Shown here: piece after piece, positions 1 through 7,685 of the stretch | How positions within the stretch are numbered: the first letter of the stretch is position 1 | How the letters are laid out: every line of letters starts with the position of its first letter | NCBI GenBank assembly: GCA_040751795.1 | Contig: JBFMHR010000004.1 | Location: 223,959-287,958, forward strand | From: Thermoplasmatota archaeon | GTDB lineage: Archaea > Thermoplasmatota > Thermoplasmata > UBA10834 | Direction of reading: 5' to 3' | DNA length: 64,000 nucleotides | Position numbers and translations under genes: made by a program | The notes under the pieces: model-generated | Seen by the model: only the letters and a program-made list of their open reading frames with translations | Database searches by the model: none | Told to the model about the DNA's origin: nothing

Positions 1-467
1 AGGAGCACGGGCATGCCCTTGTTCCTGGCGACCATCAGGAGCTTCGTCAGCTGGGTGCTGAGGGACTTCCTCGTGCCCTTCTCCTCGTCGTTCCTGGTCA
101 GCCTGTAGTGGATGGTCGCGGAGTCGAGGATGATCACCCCCACCTCCAGGGAGCTGTCGGCCAGCCTCACCGCCTTCTCGACCAGCCTCTCCTGGTCCTC
201 GAAGGTGTGCGGCTCGAAGAAGAGGATGTGCTTCATGACCTCCTCGAACTCGTCCCCCGCCATCTGCCTGAGGCGCTCGAGCGAGACCCCCTCGGTGTCG
301 ATGTACAGGACCTTCTTGCCCTGGGAGGCGACGTTCCTGGCGACCTGGAGGCAGATGTTGGTCTTGCCCGTGCCGGCCTCGCCGAACAGGAGGGTGATGG
401 CCCCTCCCTCGAGGCCCCCCTCCAGGAGCCCGTCCAGGCCCGCCGAGCCTATCGCGACGTGCGCCAC
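1..467 (-). CDS. radB: DNA repair and recombination protein RadB (5' part; runs off window start)
   Basis: Manual translation from GTG at 467: VAHVAIGSAGLDGLLEGGLEGGAITLLFGEAGTGKTNICLQ (Walker A), YIDTEG, VIILDSAT (Walker B); no RadA N-terminal domain. Confidence 0.88.
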   Translation of the reverse strand, partial: MAHVAIGSAGLDGLLEGGLEGGAITLLFGEAGTGKTNICLQVARNVASQGKKVLYIDTEGVSLERLRQMAGDEFEEVMKHILFFEPHTFEDQERLVEKAVRLADSSLEVGVIILDSATIHYRLTRNDEEKGTRKSLSTQLTKLLMVARNKGMPVL

Positions 468-637
468 GGGCCGCCATCGGGCTCGGTGGTGATAAGCGTT
501 GCTGGTGCGAGTAGGTCAGAAGGGCCCCCGCCAGCGCGGGCCCCCGGCCCGCTTCGGGAGGGGCGCCTCGGACGGGGACGGCTCCGTGGGCCCCGGTCGA
601 GGCATCCTTAATTACGGCCGAGGGCGTTCCCGCACCC

Positions 638-1261
638 GTGGCGGTCCACAGGGTAGGCGCGGAGGCGAGGCTCGACTCGTCCGTGTGGATGGGTCGGGAC
701 GTCGTGGTCAAGCAGCGCGTGGTCAAGGGCTACAGGCACCCCTCCCTCGACAAGGCGATACAGACGTCCAGGATCAGGAACGAGGCCCGGCTCCTGATGG
801 AGGCGAGGAGGGCCGGGATAGCCGTGCCAGTCGTGTACTCGGTCGACTACGCCGAGAACAGGATCGTGATGGAGGAGGTCAAGGGCGCCCGGGTCAAGGA
901 CGCCCTCAACCTGCTCCCCGAGCCTGAGGCCCGCACGGTCTGCGCCAAGATCGGGGAGATCGCGGCCCGCCTGCACGCGGGCGACATCGTCCACGGGGAC
1001 CTGACCACCAGCAACATGCTCCTGGAGGGGGAGAGGATAGTCCTCATCGACTTCTCCCTCGGCTCGAAGACCTCCGAGCTGGAGGACAAGGGCGTGGACA
1101 TGCACCTCCTCGAGGAGGCGTTCCACTCCGCCCACCACCAGCGCAGCGGCCTCTACGAGGTCGTCAAGTCGTCGTACGTCGGCGGGTACTCGCAGGGGGA
1201 CGCCGTCCTCAAGAAGGTGAAGGAGATCGAGAAGAGGGGGCGCTACACACGAAAGGAATAG
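638..1261 (+). CDS. bud32: KEOPS complex kinase Bud32 (stand-alone)
   Basis: GAEA, VVKQR, HGDLTTSN, LIDFSL, DKGVD, C-terminal KRGRY motifs. Confidence 0.92.
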   Translation: MAVHRVGAEARLDSSVWMGRDVVVKQRVVKGYRHPSLDKAIQTSRIRNEARLLMEARRAGIAVPVVYSVDYAENRIVMEEVKGARVKDALNLLPEPEARTVCAKIGEIAARLHAGDIVHGDLTTSNMLLEGERIVLIDFSLGSKTSELEDKGVDMHLLEEAFHSAHHQRSGLYEVVKSSYVGGYSQGDAVLKKVKEIEKRGRYTRKE

Positions 1262-1815
1262 CCTTCGTCACCAGCAACGACGGGAAGTTCAGGGAGATAT
1301 CGCAGCAGCTGCGGGCCCACGGGTACGCGGTCGAGCACATAAGGACGAAGTACCCGGAGGTCCAGGCCGAGACGCTCGAGGAGACCATCGTGCCGGGCCT
1401 CGGGTGGCTGATGGAGAGGTACCCGCGCCCCCTGTTCATCGACGACTCCGGCCTCTTCGTGGACGCCCTCAAGGGCTTCCCCGGGGTGTACTCCTCCTAC
1501 GTGTTCAAGACCCTCGGCTGCGAGGGGATACTGAGGCTGATGGAGGGCGTGGAGGACCGGTCCGCGCGCTTCGAGTGCTGCATCGGGTACATGGAGCCGG
1601 GGGGCGAGCCCTTCATGGCCAAGGGGGTGGCCCGCGGGACCATATCCCTCGAGAAGGCCGGGGCGGGCGGGTTCGGCTACGACCCCATATTCGTCCCCGA
1701 GGGCGACACGCGCACGTACGCGCAGATAGGCGTGGCGGAGAAGAACACCATGTCCCACAGGGGCCGGGCGATGGCCGGGTTCATCGAGGAGCTCCCGCGC
1801 CTCCTCGGCGAGTGA
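1249..1815 (+). CDS. rdgB: RdgB/HAM1 family non-canonical purine NTP pyrophosphatase; start codon non-canonical (ACG at 1249)
   Basis: In-frame KGIAFVTSNDGKFRE upstream of the called ORF; DDSGL, FPGVYS, GFGYDPIF, KNTMSHRGRA motifs; no ATG/GTG/TTG before the N-terminal motif. Confidence 0.88.
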   Translation, partial: TKGIAFVTSNDGKFREISQQLRAHGYAVEHIRTKYPEVQAETLEETIVPGLGWLMERYPRPLFIDDSGLFVDALKGFPGVYSSYVFKTLGCEGILRLMEGVEDRSARFECCIGYMEPGGEPFMAKGVARGTISLEKAGAGGFGYDPIFVPEGDTRTYAQIGVAEKNTMSHRGRAMAGFIEELPRLLGE

Positions 1816-1869
1816 GCGAACCCTTTTATTCGGGCGGGGCATAATCGGGTCGAGCGGGCCGTCCAGCGC

Positions 1870-1943
1870 GGGGTAGTGGTCTAGCTTGGTATGATACGTG
1901 CTTTGGGAGCATGAGGTCGTCGGTTCAAATCCGACCTACCCCA
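1870..1943 (+). tRNA. tRNA-Pro(TGG)
   Basis: Acceptor GGGGTAG/CTACCCC, anticodon arm CGTGC-TTTGGGA-GCATG, T loop GGTTCAAATCC; TATA-like CCTTTTATT upstream (~1822). Confidence 0.95.
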
Positions 1944-1949
1944 CACCCC

Positions 1950-3845
1950 TCACACCGCGGGCAGCAGGACGTGGAACAGGGCCCCCTGCGACGGGTCGCC
2001 CTCCACGCGGTCCTCGACCCAGATGCGCCCGCCGTACTTGTCCACGATCGTGCGCACTATCGACAGCCCAAGGCCGATGCCCTTCCCGCCGGCCAGCCTC
2101 GGCGTGAAGCGCTCGAAGATCTGCTCCTTCTTCTCGTCGGGCACCCCGACGCCCCTGTCCGCGACGGTGATGTCCCAGAACCTCTTGCCCTCCTCCGTGA
2201 CGGGCGCTATCTCGATGTCGATCCTCACCGTCTCGTGCGGGTCGTACTTCACGGAGTTGCTCAGGAGGTTCTGGAAGAGGTCGTGGATGAGCTCGTTCCC
2301 CCGCACGAGGCACTGGCTCTCCGCGCACTTCGTGGTGATCTCCAGCTTCTTGTCCGTCCTGACGGCCCTCATCTCCTCCGCGAGGCTGGCGATGGTGGAG
2401 ACGAGGTCCACGGTGAGCATCTTCTCGGAGCCCCTCTCGCGTATGTAGATGAGCTTCCTGATGCGGTTGATGAGCTCGTTGCTCAGCTCGAGCTGCTTCA
2501 TCGCGACGCCGATCGCCTTCTCCTTCAGCTCCGGCGAGGCCTCGGGCCTCGCCGCGACGTCCAGGTACGAGCCTATGCCGGTGTTGTAGTTGCTGATGTC
2601 GTGGAAGAGGAGCCTGTTCATCATGTCGAGGTCCTCGTTCGCCTGGACGGTCTCCCTGATCAGCTGGCTGTTCCTGAAGGCGAGGGAGATGATGGAGCTG
2701 AAGACGCTCATGAGCTCGAGGAGGTCCTTCTCGAACATGACGTCCCTCTGCCTGTCGGTCGCGTAGATGACGCCGACGACGTCGTTCGCGCGGTCCCTGA
2801 GGGGGACCGCGAAGAGGTCGAACCGGTCGTCCTCCTGCCCAGGCGCCTGCCCCGCCCGGTCAGGCCCATGGACGTCCGCCCCCGGCGCCTTGAAGGGCAT
2901 CATCGAGGGCCGGTCCGCGGCGAGCTGCTTCGCCGGCGTCCAGTAGAGGTCGTCGGTGAACCTGAACATGTCGTCGCAGTCCCTGTACACCGCGTCCCTG
3001 GTCAGGGCCTCCTCCTTGTCGGGGAGGCCGCTGGGCGAAATGAAGACATACCTGCTGGCGCGCGCGTCCCAAAGCGCCCCCCGGGCCTTCATGAACCCCA
3101 GCTCGGACGTCAGGAAGTCCGTCGCGGTCAGCAGTATCAGCTCCCCCCTCCTGAGGGAGACCATCCTCGTCGCTATGTTGAGCATCTTCGCGAATATCCT
3201 GGCCCTGCTGCTGTTCGCTGCCAGGAGGGCCTCCTGCGAGCGCCACACGCCGGCGAGTTCCAGGGCGACCGAGGCGATCGCCGCCAGGACCTCCACCCTG
3301 GACACGACCTCCTTGGACGGTATCATGCCGTCCGTGGTCTCGAGGATCTCGAGGGCGCCCAGCTCCCTCCCGTCCTTGTCGAACAGGATGGTGTCGATGA
3401 AGTCCATCATGTGCCAGTGCGCCGGCGATTCCCTGGGGGGGACCTCCTGGGGGAAGCCCCGGTAGAACGCCGAGTCGAAGTCGTCGATCTTGACGTTCTC
3501 GCCCGGCGCGAGGTAGGTCAGGGCCCCCAGCTTCCTGTAGACCTGGAGGGTCTCGTCCCACGAGTCCCTCGAGTAGGTCACGGACATGATGTCCCTCGCC
3601 TGGTCCTCCGGGTACCCGACGACGAACTTGATGTGCCACTCGCCCGTGCTCCGGTCGGTGACGTAGATGACGAGCTTCCTGATGGGGAACAGCGTCATCA
3701 TCGAGCGGCCTATGGTCTCGAGGATGCGGTCCTCGTCCTTGTTGTAGAGCACCGCCAGGGCTATGTCGAGCACCCTGCTCGCCAGGGCCGTCTCCTCGGC
3801 GGCGGGGGCCGGGCGCGGCGCGGTGTCCGTTGGGTCCCCTTCCAT
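1950..3845 (-). CDS. GAF-domain sensor histidine kinase
   Basis: H-box LFHDISN, N-box LFQNLLSNSVKY, DRGVG, GIGLGLSIV; N-terminal GAF-like segments (FAVPLRD...VGVIY); start taken at ATG 3845. Confidence 0.88.
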   Translation of the reverse strand: MEGDPTDTAPRPAPAAEETALASRVLDIALAVLYNKDEDRILETIGRSMMTLFPIRKLVIYVTDRSTGEWHIKFVVGYPEDQARDIMSVTYSRDSWDETLQVYRKLGALTYLAPGENVKIDDFDSAFYRGFPQEVPPRESPAHWHMMDFIDTILFDKDGRELGALEILETTDGMIPSKEVVSRVEVLAAIASVALELAGVWRSQEALLAANSSRARIFAKMLNIATRMVSLRRGELILLTATDFLTSELGFMKARGALWDARASRYVFISPSGLPDKEEALTRDAVYRDCDDMFRFTDDLYWTPAKQLAADRPSMMPFKAPGADVHGPDRAGQAPGQEDDRFDLFAVPLRDRANDVVGVIYATDRQRDVMFEKDLLELMSVFSSIISLAFRNSQLIRETVQANEDLDMMNRLLFHDISNYNTGIGSYLDVAARPEASPELKEKAIGVAMKQLELSNELINRIRKLIYIRERGSEKMLTVDLVSTIASLAEEMRAVRTDKKLEITTKCAESQCLVRGNELIHDLFQNLLSNSVKYDPHETVRIDIEIAPVTEEGKRFWDITVADRGVGVPDEKKEQIFERFTPRLAGGKGIGLGLSIVRTIVDKYGGRIWVEDRVEGDPSQGALFHVLLPAV

Positions 3846-3999
3846 GCTACCGGGGCGGGTATAGGCATACCTGAATATTAACCGCTCAGTCACCAGTCGC
3901 CCCGCCAGGTTGCGCGGCCGCGCGGGACGGCCCCACGATGCCCCTAAATAGGGGGAACATATACCCCATTTCAGGAAAGGAGGCCGAGGGGGCCCTGCG

Positions 4000-5301
4000 A
4001 TGAGAAAGTGGAAGGAGATACCGCTCTACAAGGACGTCACCGCGAAGCAGTGGTCTGACTGGAAGTGGCAGGTCAAGAACCGGATAACCGACGTCGAGAC
4101 GTTGGCGAAGGTCATCAACCTGTCCGATGAGGAGAAGGACGAGATACGCAACTCGACGAAGTACCTCCGCATGGCCATAACGCCCTACTACGCCAGCCTC
4201 ATGGACCCGGACGACCCGGAGGACCCCGTGAGGAAGCAGGCCGTCCCGACGTCGCACGAGCTGCACGTGACCAAGGACGACATGGAGGACACCGTGGGCG
4301 AGACCACCGACGCGCCGCACGAGGGCCTGACCCACAGGTACCCCGACAGGGTCCTGTTCCTCCTGACGGACCAGTGCAGCATGTACTGCAGGCACTGCTG
4401 CAGGCGGAGGATCGTCGGCACGACCGACCACGCCCGCGGCTGGGACGAGATCAAGGAGGGCATAGACTACATCAGGGACACGCCCGAGGTCAGGGACGTC
4501 CTCCTCTCCGGCGGCGACGGACTGCTGGTCTCGGACCAGCTCCTGGAGAAGGTCATACGCGAGCTGAGGAAGATCAAGCACGTCCAGATCATCAGGATCG
4601 GCTCCAGGACCCCCGTGGTCATGCCGCAGAGGATCACCCCCGCGCTCGTCAGGATGCTGCGGAAATACCACCCGATCTGGCTCAACACCCACTTCAACCA
4701 CCCGAAGGAGGTCACGCCCGAGTCGAGGAGGGCCGTCGAGATGCTGGTGGACGCGGGCATCCCCGTGGGCAACCAGAGCGTGCTGCTGAAGGGCGTGAAC
4801 GACTGCCCGGTCATCATGAAGAAGCTGGTGCAGGACCTGGTCTACATCAGGTGCAGGCCCTACTACATCTACCAGTGCGACATAGCCAAGGGTCTGGAGC
4901 ACTTCAGGACGGCCACTGCCAAGGGGATAGAGCTCATCGAGGCCCTCAGGGGCCACACCTCCGGGTTCGCGGTGCCGGAGTTCGTCATCGACGCCCCCAC
5001 GGGCGGCGGCAAGATCCCGGTCGGGCCGCAGTACCTCATATCGATGTCCGACAGGAGAGTCATCCTGAGGAACTACGAGGGCGGCATATTCCAGTTCCCC
5101 GAGGTCGAGGGCGACAGGGTCAGCAGGTGCCCGAAGGGGTGCAAGATGTGCGAGACCTACGGGCACCTCGAGTCCAGGGAGGGCGTCGCCGGCGTCCTCT
5201 CAGGACAGAAGCTGTGCCTCATCCCCGAGGGGACCCTGAGGGAGAAGCGCAGGGTCTCGTACCACAAGGGGAAGAAGGCCCCGAAGTGCACGGACGCCTG
5301 A
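4000..5301 (+). CDS. kamA: Lysine 2,3-aminomutase (radical SAM, PLP)
   Basis: THRYPDRVL, CSMYCRHC (CxxxCxxC), LLSGGD, THFNHP, GGGKIP PLP lysine, C-terminal Cys cluster CPKGCKMC. Confidence 0.9.
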   Translation: MRKWKEIPLYKDVTAKQWSDWKWQVKNRITDVETLAKVINLSDEEKDEIRNSTKYLRMAITPYYASLMDPDDPEDPVRKQAVPTSHELHVTKDDMEDTVGETTDAPHEGLTHRYPDRVLFLLTDQCSMYCRHCCRRRIVGTTDHARGWDEIKEGIDYIRDTPEVRDVLLSGGDGLLVSDQLLEKVIRELRKIKHVQIIRIGSRTPVVMPQRITPALVRMLRKYHPIWLNTHFNHPKEVTPESRRAVEMLVDAGIPVGNQSVLLKGVNDCPVIMKKLVQDLVYIRCRPYYIYQCDIAKGLEHFRTATAKGIELIEALRGHTSGFAVPEFVIDAPTGGGKIPVGPQYLISMSDRRVILRNYEGGIFQFPEVEGDRVSRCPKGCKMCETYGHLESREGVAGVLSGQKLCLIPEGTLREKRRVSYHKGKKAPKCTDA

Positions 5302-5328
5302 CCCCGCAAACACCTTCTCGAAAACCCT

Positions 5329-6003
5329 TCATCCCTTCTTCTCCAGCGACGCCCTGTGGATGACGTAGGTCCCCGAGTCCCTGGACCACCTGGCCTCGGC
5401 CTCCTCCACGTGCACCGACCTCGAGAAGCTCGGGCCGTCGAGGACGAAGGTCTCGATCTCCCCGCCCTCGCCGGAGACGCTGATCCGGTACCTGTCGCGG
5501 AGCCGCTCGAGCTCCTTGATCGTGTGCGAGGTGATGACCTTGCCCAGCCACCCCTCGTCGAACCCGTGGGCGTACACGCCCACGACCATGAACCTGAACC
5601 CCGCGCGGACCATGTCCTCGAGGAGCATGCTCTGGTCCTTCCTCCACAGCGGCGAGTGCAGGGGCCTCCCGAGCCTGTGGCAGATGCCGTTCAGCCTGGA
5701 CCACTGGTAGTCCGACGCGATCGCGCCCGACACGAACCCGTCGACGTCCTCCCCCTTCATCAGCTCCTCGACGTCGTCGAGCTCCTTCTCCTCCTCCCCG
5801 GGGCTCTCCCTCGTCCTTATCGGGATGCCCATCGCCTCGGCCTGGAGCGACGTCCAGCGGATGTTGGGGACATGGAACATGTAGGAGTCCTCGGCGCGAG
5901 GGATGACGGTCAGGAGGCTCGCGACCTCCCACCCCTGCTGCTGCACCAGGTACGCCGCGTACGCGGAGTCCTTGCCCCCGGAGAACAGGACGGAGACCCT
6001 CAT
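5329..6003 (-). CDS. Diphthine-ammonia ligase (Dph6/PP-loop ATPase family)
   Basis: LFSGGKDS, SYMFH, GAIASDYQ, PLWRKDQ, GEGGEIETFVLD. Confidence 0.88.
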   Translation of the reverse strand: MRVSVLFSGGKDSAYAAYLVQQQGWEVASLLTVIPRAEDSYMFHVPNIRWTSLQAEAMGIPIRTRESPGEEEKELDDVEELMKGEDVDGFVSGAIASDYQWSRLNGICHRLGRPLHSPLWRKDQSMLLEDMVRAGFRFMVVGVYAHGFDEGWLGKVITSHTIKELERLRDRYRISVSGEGGEIETFVLDGPSFSRSVHVEEAEARWSRDSGTYVIHRASLEKKG

Positions 6004-6043
6004 GGCCACGGTGTATCCCCCGCGCGCGTATATACGGGTTCGG

Positions 6044-7618
6044 TCAGGTCACGAGGGTCGCGGTGAAGACGAAGGCCAGGACCGCGAGGAAGAACGCGAC
6101 GAGCGGGACCCTGTACGGCCAGTGCTCGTTCAGCACCTGGCGCGCCCCGTAGTAGCCGAACGGGACGGCGGCGGCCAGCTCCAGGACGCCGGTCATCACC
6201 GCACCGCCGTCGAGGAGGAACAGGCCGTAGACGGCGAGGCCGGCCGCGAGAGTCACAGGCAGGGCGGCGACCAGGTGCGTCGACAGCTCCTTCGACCCGG
6301 TCCTCTCCCTGGCGGCCCTGACCCAGAGCAGGACGGCGCCGAGCAGCGCCACGGAGCCGGTGGCGACCCAGTCGATCGCCTCGGAGCACTCCCACGCCAG
6401 CTCAGTCGCGGTCAGCAGGAGGAGGAACCCCCCGACTGCGGCGAAGGCGTCGAGGACGGCGGCGTCCCTGTCCATGGGGTGGAACGTGGCCAGCACCACC
6501 ATCACTGCGCCGGAAATCCCGACGATCAGCGCCATGCCCACCTCCACCTCCCCGAAGTCCACCAGGACCATGGTGGCGGCCGCGACGAGCATCATCAGGA
6601 TGCCGGACGAGAGGAGGAAGTCGCCGCGGAACTCCGGGCGGTACGCGTGGACCGCCACGTAGGCGAGGATCAGTGCACCTATGATCGGGGCCAGGGTCGT
6701 GAAGGTCTCCTCGGAGTCGATCTCAGCGACCGTGAAGTGCCAGACCGCGATGAGCCCGGGGCTCACGGCCAGCGTGTAGAACACCGCCCTCACCCTGCTC
6801 GCCGGCTTCACCGGCTTGCGCGCCTTGCGCCCACCCCTTCTCATCAGGGCCCAGACCGCGATGCCTATGCCCACCGTCAGCAGGGCCAGGAACATCAGGC
6901 AGGGGATGTCCTCCAGCCAGAGGAACAGAACCAATGCGGCGGATGCGGCCACCAAGGGGACGGCAGCGCTCGACCACCCCTGCCTGGTTGGAGCAGGCGC
7001 CTCCTCGGCGGCCCCCTCCTTCCTCAGGGCGGAGACGATCCTGTACGGCCTCCCGCAGCCGGGGCAGTCGAACCCGACCTCGTCCTCCACGGACAGGTTG
7101 TCGACCTCGATCTGCTTCTTGCACGTCGGGCAGAACACGGAAACGACCCTCTTCGCCGGGGAGGCCATGACGGCTATCTCGTCCCTGACGGGCCCCCCCC
7201 TGTCCATCTGGTTGATGACCGAGGCCAGGCTCGCCTTGCGCGCAGTCACGATCTCGGAGACCTTGAGGGTCCTGGTGCCGTCAGGGTCCTCGAACGTGAC
7301 CTCGACCTCGAAGAGCTGCTGGCGCACCGAGGACGCGGCGTCCGCGCCCTTCGGCGTGACGCAGTAGGCGTTCTGCCTCCTGTCCGCTCCCTCGACGTGC
7401 CCCTTGACGCACTCGACGAGCCCGTCCTTCGCGAGCTCCTGCAGCGCGACCGCTACGTGGCTCCTGCGCAGGCCGAGGTGGTCAGACAGGCCCTTCTGCG
7501 TGACCTCGAACGGGAAGACGACATCGTCCGGCCCGCACCTGTGGAGGTACAGCTGGACGAGCACCTTCTCCCTCGCCTTGAGCCTCAGTCCCGCCTGGCC
7601 GTCCTCTCCTGCGCCCAA
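6044..7618 (-). CDS. Membrane protein with N-terminal winged-HTH, Zn ribbon (CPTC...CPGC) and ~10 TM helices
   Basis: TQKGLSDHLGLRRSHVAVALQEL..GLV helix-turn-helix and wing; two CxxC pairs; long hydrophobic C-terminal half; TTG start. Confidence 0.7.
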   Translation of the reverse strand: MGAGEDGQAGLRLKAREKVLVQLYLHRCGPDDVVFPFEVTQKGLSDHLGLRRSHVAVALQELAKDGLVECVKGHVEGADRRQNAYCVTPKGADAASSVRQQLFEVEVTFEDPDGTRTLKVSEIVTARKASLASVINQMDRGGPVRDEIAVMASPAKRVVSVFCPTCKKQIEVDNLSVEDEVGFDCPGCGRPYRIVSALRKEGAAEEAPAPTRQGWSSAAVPLVAASAALVLFLWLEDIPCLMFLALLTVGIGIAVWALMRRGGRKARKPVKPASRVRAVFYTLAVSPGLIAVWHFTVAEIDSEETFTTLAPIIGALILAYVAVHAYRPEFRGDFLLSSGILMMLVAAATMVLVDFGEVEVGMALIVGISGAVMVVLATFHPMDRDAAVLDAFAAVGGFLLLLTATELAWECSEAIDWVATGSVALLGAVLLWVRAARERTGSKELSTHLVAALPVTLAAGLAVYGLFLLDGGAVMTGVLELAAAVPFGYYGARQVLNEHWPYRVPLVAFFLAVLAFVFTATLVT

Positions 7619-7685
7619 ATCCCGAACCCCTCGAACCGACCTGATGAATCGCCCGTGAGTTAATCCTTTGCCGGCGGGGGCGCCC

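Noticed and set aside
513-523. GGTCAGAAGGG shared with 63977-63987
   Set aside because: A single 11-nt match across 64 kb is expected by chance; no flanking similarity
1911-3881. Long antisense/shadow ORFs (e.g. 1911-3881, 8007-9836, 22557-24425, 31152-33848, 59360-60691)
   Set aside because: They mirror well-supported genes on the other strand; expected from high GC3 and scarcity of stop codons; no recognisable motifs
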